Assembly: GCA_963804645.1 (NCBI GenBank)
Contig: CAWDRG010000019.1
Span: 160,001-224,000, forward strand
Direction of reading: 5' to 3'
DNA length: 64,000 nt
DNA from: an uncultured Bacillota bacterium
Lineage (GTDB): Bacteria; Sysuimicrobiota; Sysuimicrobiia; Sysuimicrobiales; Segetimicrobiaceae
Shown here: in pieces, positions 37,451 to 47,863 of the stretch
How the letters are laid out: every line of letters starts with the position of its first letter
How positions within the stretch are numbered: position 1 is the first letter of the stretch
Translations under genes and position numbers: made by a program
Notes under the pieces: model-generated
Databases searched by the model: none
Told to the model about the DNA's origin: nothing
Seen by the model: the letters and a program-made list of their open reading frames with translations, nothing else

Positions 37451-38308
37451 TCAGGGCGTGGCGCGCCGCGGGATGCGGAGGCGCCAGACGCCGTAGCGGG
37501 GCGCGAACAGCCAGGCCGCAAAGAACATCGCGGTCGCCATCAGCACGATCGCCCCGCCCGACGCGATGTTCAGGTAGAACGAGGCGTACAGGCCGGCGAC
37601 GCCGGAGAGCGCGCCGAGGGCGGCGGCCACCACCATCATCGGGACGACCCGGTCGGTCAAGAGGCGCGCCGTGGCCGCCGGCGTCACGAGCATCGCCAGC
37701 GCGAGCACGGTGCCCACCGCCTGCACCGAGACGATCACCACGAGCGCGAGCAGCACCAGCAGGCCGTTGTCCAAGAGGGCGATGGGGAGGCCCATCGCCT
37801 GGGCCATGTCCCGGTCGAACGACGCCAGGGTGAGCTCCTTGTGGAAGAGGCACACCGCCGCGATCACGAGGACCCCGACCGCAAGCGTCAGCCAGAGATC
37901 CTGCGAGGTCACCCCGAGGATATCGCCGAGGAGAATGGTCGCCAGGTCCCGCACGTACGAGCGGATGCTGCTGATCAGGACGACGCCCAGCGCGAACGCA
38001 CCGACGAACAGCACCCCGATCGCGCTGTCGCTGCTGACGCGGCGGTGCTGGCTCACCGCGCCGATGCCGAGCGCGGTGAGTACCCCGAACGCGAGGCCGC
38101 CGAGCAGGATGTCCACGCGCAGCAGGAAGGCGATCACGATGCCCGGGAAGACCGCGTGCGCCATCGCATCGCCGAGAAACGCCATCCCCCGCAGGACGAC
38201 GTACGTCCCGATGATCCCGCAGAGGAGGCCGATCAGCACGGCCTCCGCCAGCCCGCGCTGCAAGAACCCCAGACCGAGCGGGGCGAGCAGCGCGTCAGCG
38301 AGCGGCAT
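37451..38308 (-). CDS. Zn/Mn ABC transporter permease (ZnuB/MntB-like)
   Basis: 'GDAMAHAVFPG', 'DSAIG', 'LLGDIL', 'SFD', 'VG.VL..AML..PAA.A'. Confidence 0.93.
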   Translation of the reverse strand: MPLADALLAPLGLGFLQRGLAEAVLIGLLCGIIGTYVVLRGMAFLGDAMAHAVFPGIVIAFLLRVDILLGGLAFGVLTALGIGAVSQHRRVSSDSAIGVLFVGAFALGVVLISSIRSYVRDLATILLGDILGVTSQDLWLTLAVGVLVIAAVCLFHKELTLASFDRDMAQAMGLPIALLDNGLLVLLALVVIVSVQAVGTVLALAMLVTPAATARLLTDRVVPMMVVAAALGALSGVAGLYASFYLNIASGGAIVLMATAMFFAAWLFAPRYGVWRLRIPRRATP

Positions 38309-39083
38309 CGTACACCACCAGGCCGGCGTCGAGGACGGCGACCGTCGAGCCGTACGTGGCACGCAGCACGTCGGGGACGAACACCGCCCGGGCGGGGCCG
38401 TACGCGACGAGCCGCCGGTTGAGGCACAGCAGGCGATCGCACCGCTGGGCGGCGGCGGTGAGATCGTGGGTAGACATGATAACGAGCGCCCCCTGGTCCC
38501 GGAGGTCCCCGAGCAGGCACAGCACCGCGTCCTGCGTCGTGGTGTCGACGCCAGCCAGCGGCTCGTCGAGGATCACGACGTCCCCGCGCTGCGCGAGCGC
38601 GCGCGCCAGCAGCACGCGCTGCCGCTGGCCGCGGCTGAGCTGGCCGATCTGCCGCCGCGCGTAGCTCGCCATGCCGACCCGCTCGAGGGCGTCCATCGCG
38701 GTCCGGCGGTCGGCGGCGCGCGGCGCGGCGAGCCACCCGAGGGCCCGGACGCGGCCCATCAGCGCCACGTCGAGGACGCTGACCGGAAACTCCCAATTGA
38801 CCTGCTCGTGCTGCGGCAGGTACGAGACGTGGTGCCACGCCTCCGCGGGGGCCATGCCGTGCAGGCGGATCGCGCCGCGCGCCGGGGCGAGCACCCCAAC
38901 CAGCGCCTTGAGCAGCGTGGTTTTGCCGGCCCCGTTCGGGCCGAGCAGCCCGACGATCGTCCCCGGCTGCAGCGCCGCGGTGACCCCGTCGACGGCCACG
39001 TGGTCGCCGTAGGCGATCGAGACGTCCTCGAACTCGACGGCGGGACCGCGCGGGCGGATCTCGACGATCGGGCGCTCCGGCAT
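38295..39083 (-). CDS. Zn/Mn ABC transporter ATP-binding protein
   Basis: 'GPNGAGKTT', 'YLPQ', 'LSRGQRQR', 'LDEP', 'THDL'. Confidence 0.94.
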   Translation of the reverse strand: MPERPIVEIRPRGPAVEFEDVSIAYGDHVAVDGVTAALQPGTIVGLLGPNGAGKTTLLKALVGVLAPARGAIRLHGMAPAEAWHHVSYLPQHEQVNWEFPVSVLDVALMGRVRALGWLAAPRAADRRTAMDALERVGMASYARRQIGQLSRGQRQRVLLARALAQRGDVVILDEPLAGVDTTTQDAVLCLLGDLRDQGALVIMSTHDLTAAAQRCDRLLCLNRRLVAYGPARAVFVPDVLRATYGSTVAVLDAGLVVYDAAR

Positions 39084-39090
39084 CGTCCGG

Positions 39091-40122
39091 CTACCGCAGC
39101 GCGGTGACGATCGCGTTGGTGTCGTACTGCATCATCTTCACGTAGGTGTCGCCGTCCGAGCCCGGCAGCCCGAGCGCGTCCGCGTACCAGTCGGTGACCA
39201 CGCGCACGCCCGCGCGGCGTGCGATCTCGGCGGTCACCGCAGGGTCCGCCGAGGCCGTGACGAGCATGGCGTGGACGTGCTGCGCCCGGACCCGGGCCAC
39301 AAGCGCTGCGACGTCGACCCGTCCGGCGCCCGGGGCGGGGATGTCGAGGGACACATACGTCAGCCCGTAGCGCGCGGCGTAATAGGCGAGCCCGCCGTAC
39401 GTGGTGACGAGCGTGCGCCGCCCCCGCGGGAGGGCGGCGGTCTGCGCCTCGATCGTCCGGTCGAGCCCGGTCAACTCGCCGGTGTACCGCGCGGCGTTCC
39501 CGCGAAAGTACGACGCGTACGGCGGTGCGACCGTGCTCAGCGCGTCGCGAATGTTCGCGACCATGCGCACGGCGTTCGGCACCGCGAGCCACAACCGCGG
39601 ATCCCCGTGCGGCGCCGGCGAGGGGGCGAGCCCACGGCTGGCGATCGCGACGGGGACGATCACGCTGCCCCATCCGGGGCCGTACCGCTGGCCCTCCTCC
39701 GGGAGCGCGCGGGCGCCCCGGTCGGTCACCATGACCCGGACCCCCGGCGGGGCCCCGTGCACCACGGGGGCCATCCAGGCCGCTTCGAGCCCCGCGCCGT
39801 TTTCCACGACGAGGTCGGCGAACGCGAGGCGCTGCAGGTCACCGGGACCGAGGGTAAAGTCCGACGGGTCGACGTTCGCGGAGAGGATGGGGTCGACATG
39901 CGCGAGCATCCCACCGATGATGCGCGCGAAATCGGCCACCTGTGTCGTCGTCGCGACGACGCGGACCATCGGTTCCCCGTCGGCGTTGCGCAGATCGGGC
40001 CGAGGCAGGGGCTGGTCGGCCCACTGCGCTCCCGCCTGCCCGCTGAGGACCGCGCACAGCAACACCGCGATCGTCCCGCCGATCGCGCGCCGGCGTCCCG
40101 CGCGTCCGCCCCACGTATTCAC
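39091..40122 (-). CDS. second cluster A-I substrate-binding protein paralogue lacking the His ligands
   Basis: Aligns by eye with 36388-37320 but has DPSDFT, DPRLW and YGGL; GTG start inferred. Confidence 0.85.
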   Translation of the reverse strand: MNTWGGRAGRRRAIGGTIAVLLCAVLSGQAGAQWADQPLPRPDLRNADGEPMVRVVATTTQVADFARIIGGMLAHVDPILSANVDPSDFTLGPGDLQRLAFADLVVENGAGLEAAWMAPVVHGAPPGVRVMVTDRGARALPEEGQRYGPGWGSVIVPVAIASRGLAPSPAPHGDPRLWLAVPNAVRMVANIRDALSTVAPPYASYFRGNAARYTGELTGLDRTIEAQTAALPRGRRTLVTTYGGLAYYAARYGLTYVSLDIPAPGAGRVDVAALVARVRAQHVHAMLVTASADPAVTAEIARRAGVRVVTDWYADALGLPGSDGDTYVKMMQYDTNAIVTALR

Positions 40123-40226
40123 GCCGCGATCACTCCCCGCGATGGCACACCGAGGTCCTCGTCTGTTATGCCCCGGGGCGGTGCGGGGTAGACGCGCCAG
40201 CGCGCGCCGACCGGCCGATCCTGCGG

Positions 40227-40712
40227 CTACCGGTGGGGCGGCCACTCCAGGTCGTCGATGAGCATGTAGCCGGTCACGTTGACGAGCGAGCGGGCGGGTG
40301 CGCCCGCGGCGTTCAGCGCCGACAGCACCTGGACCCGGACGATGCGGTAGGCGTCGTTCTCGTAGGGCGCGGCGGGGAGCGACGGGTCGTCGATGACGTA
40401 GTCTCCGGTTTGCCGAAGCAGTTTGACGATGCTGCCGGTCGACAGGGCGTGACAGTCGCCCGCGCCGTGCGGATCCTGTCCGGTCCGCAGAAGCTGCCAG
40501 GTCTGCTTCAGGCTGGGGATCGCCCCGCAGAGCAGCGACGCGGTGCGCGCGCCCGTCGGCCCCGCGGGGACGACGAGCACCGACCCGGGGACCGCGCGTG
40601 CGTTGAAGGCGATCTGGTCGGGACGCTGCGGCATGGTGTCGGCCGCGGCGGCCGCGGCGGCGCCGAGCGCGACTGCGAGTGCGGCGAGGGCCGTGGGGAT
40701 CCTGGATCGCAT
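40227..40712 (-). CDS. hypothetical secreted protein
   Basis: Signal peptide 'MRSRIPTALAALAVALGAAAAAA', two Cys; follows the PilX-like gene. Confidence 0.7.
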   Translation of the reverse strand: MRSRIPTALAALAVALGAAAAAAADTMPQRPDQIAFNARAVPGSVLVVPAGPTGARTASLLCGAIPSLKQTWQLLRTGQDPHGAGDCHALSTGSIVKLLRQTGDYVIDDPSLPAAPYENDAYRIVRVQVLSALNAAGAPARSLVNVTGYMLIDDLEWPPHR

Positions 40713-40741
40713 CGTCTCCGCTCCTCGGCCGTGCGGTCCGC

Positions 40742-42727
40742 TTACGGCTGGTCGAGCGGGACGTCCTGCCAGCTGACGCCCAGGTAGTTCGTCAGGAGCG
40801 GGGTGCCGAGCGTCGGGGCCTGCCCGCCGCACAGCCCCACGAAGCCCGACTTGTTGTTGAGGTCGAGGAAGCCCTGGGCCTGCGGAGACGTCTGCTGCTT
40901 GCCCTGGAGCCCCCCGTTGAGCCACGCCCAGTTGCTCCCGCTGCCCTGCGTGATGTTGCCCTGCGCGTAGATATAGCCGCTGAACACGAAGTTGCCGTCG
41001 ATCTCGATATCGCCGGTCGCGAGAATCACGCCCCAGTTGCCCGAGCTGAACGGCGGGTTGATGCCGTTGCAGTTCGAGCCGGACGACTGGCCGTGCACCG
41101 ACCCCGTGATCGCCACGATCTGTCCCCCGCCGGTGTTGTTGCTGATGACGAGGCTCTCGGGACTGGCCTTCGTCCCGCTGAACGTGACGTTTTGGGAGTT
41201 GATCGTCGTCGTCGGCGGGCTCGAGCAGTGCTGCGAGTTGCCGTTGACGTTGTCGAAGACGTTCGTGCCCGGGTTCACGTTCTCGGTGCACGCGTACGAG
41301 AGCGCGTTGATGATCGGATAGATCGGGACGTACCGGATCCCGTTCTGGTTCCCGGTGCCGTAGAACGTCGCCGGGACCGTTCGGCTCAAGTCGTCGATCA
41401 CCAGCCCCCAATCGAAATACCGCTCGGGGAAGGTGGCCGTATCGTCCGAGGAGTTGTTCGAGCTGCCGTTGATGTTGCCGTTGTAGCCGTAGTAGTCCGA
41501 GCCGCCCGCGCACGGGTTGCCGCTGGCCAGCGTCACCGCGCCGGTGGAGGTGTTCACGCAGAACGGCGCCGTCGCGTAGACGAGCATCATCTTGCCATTC
41601 GTCGAGGGCACCGATGACCAGTAGGTCGGGGTGTACGTGCCGTTCGAGGCGTACGTGACGCCGCTCTGCGCCCCGCTCGCGTTGGTCTGCGAGGCCTGGA
41701 CGACGCCGACCCCGGCCGGCAGCGTGCCCTTGTTCCAGTCCTTGACGATGTTGGTGAAGTCGGTCGACGTCATCCCCTGGGGCGTCATCGGGTGCCAGTT
41801 GACCGGCTCCGTATAGCTCGTTCCGAGCGCGATCGTCGTCATGCCCCCGGCCGTGTTGCTCGTCGACCGGTTGCCGTCCTGTTTGCACGAGGTCGGGGCC
41901 ACCTCCCCGATCGCCGGGTACCCCGCGCCGCTCGTCGGCAGCGGGCCGGACAAGCCCTTGCCCTGCTGGATCACCTGAAAGTACGCCTGCAGGTCCTGGC
42001 ATTCGCCGAAGTACGTCCCCGCGTTCGTCGGGCTCCCGCACGGCGGGGTCGTCGCGGACCCCGCGGCCTCCCCGTACACGATCGCGCCCGCCATCACCTG
42101 GGGGCTGACGAGGTTGAGCGCCGTCGCGGTGGCCGCGCACAGGGGCGAGTACCCATAGTTCTCGAATTCGACCGTCGAGTTCGAGTAGATGTCGTTCCCG
42201 GTGGACGGCGTCGTGTCGCCGTCGAAGTTCACGCCCTGGCCGTAGATCTGATATTCCCACGGGTTGACGTTGATGTTGACGAGCAGCCGGACGCGCCGCT
42301 GCACCCCGCCGAACGTGGCGGTGGAGAGGACGGGCAGCAGCGACGGGTTGCTCTGTTCCACGGCCTGAAATTTCACGGTCCCCGTCGCCCCCGGAGTCGC
42401 GGCCGCGAGGCTGTTGGTGAACGACGACACGGTGACGCCCGCGGTGTAGCCGAAGGCCGCGAGCCGGCTGAGGGCCTCCTGGGCGCCGGCGTCCGCGAGA
42501 TCCATCGCCACCATGCTGTTGCGGTTCAGCGTGCCAAACCCGAGGTCGCCCTGGGTCTCCACCGCGAACGCGAAGAGCAGCATCCCGACCAGGAACATAA
42601 TGAAGACGGCGGAGATGAGCGCGATTCCACCCTCATCGGAGGCGGGCCGGTGCGGAGCGGAGGCCGGCAGGCTCCGAAGCCGGGACCGTCGGTGTCGCAT
42701 TGGGAATGGCCGCGGGTCGTCGTGCAT
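40742..42727 (-). CDS. large PilX-like minor pilin/adhesin
   Basis: 'EGGIALISAVFIMFLVGMLL...AMDLADAGAQEAL' PilX-type N-terminus; long N/T/G/S-rich body with about 10 Cys; GGAGG SD before ATG 42727. Confidence 0.8.
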   Translation of the reverse strand: MHDDPRPFPMRHRRSRLRSLPASAPHRPASDEGGIALISAVFIMFLVGMLLFAFAVETQGDLGFGTLNRNSMVAMDLADAGAQEALSRLAAFGYTAGVTVSSFTNSLAAATPGATGTVKFQAVEQSNPSLLPVLSTATFGGVQRRVRLLVNINVNPWEYQIYGQGVNFDGDTTPSTGNDIYSNSTVEFENYGYSPLCAATATALNLVSPQVMAGAIVYGEAAGSATTPPCGSPTNAGTYFGECQDLQAYFQVIQQGKGLSGPLPTSGAGYPAIGEVAPTSCKQDGNRSTSNTAGGMTTIALGTSYTEPVNWHPMTPQGMTSTDFTNIVKDWNKGTLPAGVGVVQASQTNASGAQSGVTYASNGTYTPTYWSSVPSTNGKMMLVYATAPFCVNTSTGAVTLASGNPCAGGSDYYGYNGNINGSSNNSSDDTATFPERYFDWGLVIDDLSRTVPATFYGTGNQNGIRYVPIYPIINALSYACTENVNPGTNVFDNVNGNSQHCSSPPTTTINSQNVTFSGTKASPESLVISNNTGGGQIVAITGSVHGQSSGSNCNGINPPFSSGNWGVILATGDIEIDGNFVFSGYIYAQGNITQGSGSNWAWLNGGLQGKQQTSPQAQGFLDLNNKSGFVGLCGGQAPTLGTPLLTNYLGVSWQDVPLDQP

Positions 42728-42768
42728 GCTCCACCTCCAACTCGCTCGCCGCGCCGCGGCGGCGGAGT

Positions 42769-43375
42769 TTAGAGACTCAGGGTCGCCCGGACCCGGTCGA
42801 TGCGGTCGCGCAGCTGCCCGAGCGCGCGGAACTCCGCCGGGCGGCGTGCGGCCGGAGGCCAGCTCCTCGCCGATCGCGCGCGCCACGGGATCGATTGCGT
42901 GCCCGATCGTCTGGGCGTCCCCGAGCAGCGTGTGCCCCCACCGGGTGTGGACGTCGCCGGGCATCGCGGCGCCGGCCGGGCTCTCCACCGACTCGCGCAC
43001 AAGGCTTACGAGGTTGGCCGACTCCTCGGCGTCGGCGACGCACGTCTCCACCGCCGGCACGGCGAGCCGTCCCGCGCCGTGCCGCTCGGCCGCCGCGCAC
43101 GCCCGCGGCAGCACCGCGAGCACGTCCACCAGATCGCCGTTTTCCTCTTCCAGAATGTCGTCGAGCCCGCCGGCGTCGGCGTCTGTCGAGGCGGAGGGGT
43201 CCGCGGGCGCAGGTGCGCCGGCCGAGGGGCCTGGTGCCGCCGTCTGCGCGGCGGCGTCCGTGGCCGGCGACGGGGCGCGGCTCCCGCCGAACGCAAGCCA
43301 TCCCGCCACCGCCGCGACCGCGGCGCAGCCCGCGGCGATCCTCAGGCGTCCTCTCAGCAGCGAACCGGTCTCCAT
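42769..43375 (-). pseudogene. hypothetical membrane-anchored protein with a +1 frameshift near 42836
   Basis: The N-terminal TM frame reads into junk after 'SGRTPP'; the adjacent frame gives 'AEFRALGQLRDRIDRVRATLSL*'. Confidence 0.55.
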
Positions 43376-43406
43376 GCGCGCGTGTGCCCTCCGGACGTCG
43401 TGGCCG

Positions 43407-43835
43407 CTACAGCAGCCGGAACCGAACGATCTCGCCGGTCGGCGAGACGAACACCAAGGCGGCGGCCTCGTGCCCCGGCTCGATTTGGAACACCGTCGCC
43501 CCTCGGACCGCGTACCCCGGCGGCATCGTCAGGACGTCGAAATGGTTCGCGAGGAAATGCGTGGACGGATCGCTCTGGTAGCGGCGCCCGGTGGAGTCCA
43601 CGAGGAGGAAGTGCTCCCGGTCGATCTGCACCGAGTCCGCGCCCACGTTCTTGATCGCGATGTCGATCGTGACGTACATCGACGTCTCGCCGACCGACCG
43701 TGAATAGTACGGGCGGCCGATCGTGATCGCGAGATGTCCGGCGGGGAACGCCCACTCCGTGACCAGGATGGTGACGGCGGCCAGCGCGAGGCCGGCCGCG
43801 ATCTGCCCGAGCCGCCGGCGCCAGCGCTCCGTCAC
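43407..43835 (-). CDS. DUF4352-like Ig-fold protein
   Basis: TM, then 'YVTIDIAIKNVG', 'FLLVDSTGRRY', 'PG..VRGATVFQI'. Confidence 0.75.
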   Translation of the reverse strand: MTERWRRRLGQIAAGLALAAVTILVTEWAFPAGHLAITIGRPYYSRSVGETSMYVTIDIAIKNVGADSVQIDREHFLLVDSTGRRYQSDPSTHFLANHFDVLTMPPGYAVRGATVFQIEPGHEAAALVFVSPTGEIVRFRLL

Positions 43836-44531
43836 TGCGCCTTCCCGCGTCCTTGGGCCAGGGTGCGCGCGATCCCGCTCTTGGACGCCTGGTCGTACCC
43901 GGGGATCTGTCCTACCTCGCGCCACGCCCTGATCGCGCCCGCCGTGTCGCCAGCGGTCATGCGGATGTGCGCGACCAGCCACAGCGATTGGAACCGCTCC
44001 AGGTCGTCGCCCGCGAGGCCGGCGGCGTCGCGCGCCAGCACGGTCGCCTCGGCCGTAGTTGTGCAGCCAGCGCCAGTACACCCACGCGGCGCCGGTGTGC
44101 AGGTCGAAGTCGTTGGGGTTGTTGCGGATGCCCTCTTCGTAGAACGCGACCGCCTGCTGCGGATGGGAGAAGTGAAACGCAAGCCACTGCCCGCCGAGCG
44201 CGTATGCATCCACGAAGTGCGGATCGAGCCAGGTGATGAGCCGCACGAGCGGCATGAGCGCCTCGTCGTCCTGCTGCAGGAGGCTGCCGCCGATGATGCG
44301 CCGCCGGTGCTGATACTCGTCCACGCGCAGCCACAGAAAGTCGGCGGCGAGGCCGCGCACTTCCCCGAGAAAGCTCCGCACCACGACGGCCGCGACCGAG
44401 AACGTCACGCCCGCCTCGTCGTTCACCGCGAGGCGGTATTGATCCACGAGCGCCTGCGAGCCGGCGACGCAGGCGAGCAGCGCGACGACGGCGGTGGCGC
44501 GGCGGAGGCGCAGCAGCGAGTCGGCCGTCAA
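43832..44531 (-). pseudogene. TPR-like membrane protein (PilG-like) with a +1 frameshift near 44052
   Basis: 'LAADFLWLR', 'LITWLDPHFVDAY', 'A.AFYEEGIRNNP'; helical C-terminus continues in the adjacent frame. Confidence 0.7.
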
Positions 44532-45294
44532 AACTCGCGCTCCTCGAACATCTGGATGCCGACGTACAGAAACAGGCAGACGAGCGCGGCGGCGTAGATC
44601 GTGGTCCGGCCGAGGTAGGCCCACGGGACGAGCTCGTCGTGCACCACCGCGGTGCGGGTGTTGAAGTTTTCGAAGTTCGGCAGCAGGTAGTACAGCGCTT
44701 GGCCGAAGTAGGCGACGACCGGGTGCGCGGAGATCAGGTCGAGGTAGGTGGTGACCGCGCCTTTGAGATAGCTCACGACAAACACGAGAATCGTCAGCGC
44801 CGCGGTGACGGTCGACGTGGCGACGGACGCGATGCCGAGGGCGACCGCCGAGAGCACCGTGAACGCGAGCCAGAGCAGGTACGCGCCCTTGACCGCTTCG
44901 AGCTCGGACCCGCCATGATCCGTGTAGATGAAGAACGTCAGGATCGCGACCATCGGCGCGATCGCCAGCCCGATCGCGACGGCCGCGCCCGCGAACTTGC
45001 CGACGACGAGCTCCCAGCGCCGGATCGGCTTGCTCAGCACGTTGTAGATGGTGCGGCTCTCGATCTCGCCGGACAGCTGCGTGCTCACGATGACGAGGGT
45101 CGCGACCGTCCCGAACAGGAAGATCACCGTCATCGCGATGTCCTTGAAGAACTTGATCTCGACGCCGAGCTGGAAGAACGAGAGGAACGCGCTGCTGAGG
45201 ATGATCCCGCAGCCGAAGATCACGAGCGCGGGCAGCGTCCGGCGGCGGGACGCCTCGCGCATCGCTTGCTGGGCGATTACCACGATGGGCGAAC

Positions 45295-45298
<4 letters not shown>
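44528..45298 (-). CDS. ABC-2 type exporter permease (PilI-like)
   Basis: 'EIESRTIYNVLSKPIRRWELVVGKF.G', 'YYLLPNF', terminal 'FEEREF'. Confidence 0.88.
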
Positions 45299-46236
<938 letters not shown>

Positions 46237-46475
46237 GGCGACGCACGCTCCTCGTTCCAGTCCTCCGGAACGTCCCCTGCGGTTATGCCCGCGCCCCGCG
46301 CGGCGTAGACCTCCCGGACTCGGGGCGGCGGGCGTTCCCGTCCGCCGTGCGCGGTGCGGGCGCACTTCTGTTCGCACGTCTAAGAACGCCACGGCACGGG
46401 CACATAGTCGGGCAAGCGCAGTGCTGCGTCGCCGCCCGCGCGGGACGCCGATGGCGGCAAAAGGGGGCGAATCGG

Positions 46476-47015
46476 ATGTTGGGCCGGGTTCTGCGGAGGA
46501 TGCACGATCGCGAGGCCGGGTTCACGCTCATCGAGTTGATGATCGTGATCCTGGTCATTCTGATTCTGGCGGCGATTCTCGTGCCGCAGTTCGGACTGGC
46601 GCAGGAGCGCGCGCGCAAGGCGAAGTGTGTCTCCAACCAGCGGACGCTTGAGACGGCCGTCGCGATGTGGTCGACGGATAACACCGGAAGCAACTACGCT
46701 GGCGGTACGATGGACGGATCCACGCCGAATTTCACCGCGCTGACGACGACCGGGCAGCCGCAGTACACGACGGTCGGGGCGTTCATCGAGCCCGACGACG
46801 GCACCGTCGCAGACCAGGACGGCGTGGACTACTACCTGTCGAACGGCAGCGCGTCCGGCACCGTGGCCAACGCGAACGCGTCGGCGCCCTCGTACGGCCA
46901 CGTCGCGTGCGCCTACGATGGCGTTACCGATCCCTGGGTCAACAACTACGACACCGCCGGCGGTGGCGGCGGAGCAGGCTTGAACCACACGCGCGGCGCG
47001 GCCGCCTCACCGTAA
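46476..47015 (+). CDS. type IV major pilin, copy 1
   Basis: Class III signal 'AG|FTLIELMIVILVILILAAILVP'; two Cys. Confidence 0.93.
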   Translation: MLGRVLRRMHDREAGFTLIELMIVILVILILAAILVPQFGLAQERARKAKCVSNQRTLETAVAMWSTDNTGSNYAGGTMDGSTPNFTALTTTGQPQYTTVGAFIEPDDGTVADQDGVDYYLSNGSASGTVANANASAPSYGHVACAYDGVTDPWVNNYDTAGGGGGAGLNHTRGAAASP

Positions 47016-47176
47016 GAACGGGCGTCCGTGCGTCCGCACGTTCGTGAGTCTGGGCACGGTGTGCGGAGGGCATGAAGCGCTACACGACACAGTGTGACCA
47101 CTATGACGGGCGGAGGGGGGGAGGCGAGCACCGGGGGGGTCGGTTGGATCAAGTCAGTGACCGAAAGGAGTCGCCA

Positions 47177-47713
47177 ATGTATCGTCGACTGATGCAGATG
47201 CTCAAGCAACGCGAGTCAGGCTTCACCCTGATCGAGCTGATGATCGTGATCCTGGTGATCCTGATCTTGGCGGCGATCCTGGTGCCGCAGTTCGGACTCG
47301 CCCAGGAGCGCGCACGCAAGGCGAAGTGCGTGTCGAACCAGCGCAACCTTGAAACCGCGGTCGCGATGTGGGCCACGGACAATACCGGCACGAACTACAC
47401 CGGCGGCACCATGGCGTCGACGTCCAACCCGAACCTCGGCAACCTGGCGCCGGCCAGCGGGACGCCGTACACGACGCCGGGAGCGTTCGTGGAGCCGGAC
47501 GATCCCAGCGTGACTAGCGGCGCGGACTACTACCTGTCGAACGGCAGCGCGTCCGGCACCCTGGCCAACGCCAACGCATCGGCTCCGTCGTACGGCCACG
47601 TGGCGTGCGCATTCGACGGCGTCTCGGATCCGTGGGTCAACAACTACGATACTGCGAGCGCCGGCAACGGCAAGTCCCTGAACCATACCCGAGGCGCGGC
47701 GGCATCGCCGTAG
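47177..47713 (+). CDS. type IV major pilin, copy 2
   Basis: 'SG|FTLIELMIVILVILILAAILVP'; AAGGAG SD; close paralogue of copy 1. Confidence 0.95.
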   Translation: MYRRLMQMLKQRESGFTLIELMIVILVILILAAILVPQFGLAQERARKAKCVSNQRNLETAVAMWATDNTGTNYTGGTMASTSNPNLGNLAPASGTPYTTPGAFVEPDDPSVTSGADYYLSNGSASGTLANANASAPSYGHVACAFDGVSDPWVNNYDTASAGNGKSLNHTRGAAASP

Positions 47714-47758
47714 CGCGCGGGCACGCAGCACTGGACGCAGAGAGCGCTCGCGGAACAC

Positions 47759-47793
47759 CCGAGGGGGCCGGGACGTTCGTCCGGCCCCCTCGG
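47759..47793 (+). terminator. strong stem-loop after the pilin genes (terminator or mRNA stabiliser)
   Basis: 13-bp perfect stem CCGAGGGGGCCGG / CCGGCCCCCTCGG; no U-tract. Confidence 0.6.
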
Positions 47794-47863
47794 CATCGCT
47801 GCCGGTCCCCACGCGGTCCGTCCGCCGGGTCGCCCGGCCGGGGACGGCGGAGGAGTGAGTGGC

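Noticed and set aside
40742..43375. 877-aa ORF as a single protein
   Set aside because: A frameshift near 42836 fuses a separate upstream gene to the PilX-like gene, which has its own SD and ATG at 42727.
46380..46470. c-di-GMP riboswitch or sigma54 promoter upstream of the pilins
   Set aside because: Only fragments (GGCAAG, GGGACGC, GGCAC) are present; the GNRA/receptor architecture and GG-N10-GC spacing are not met.
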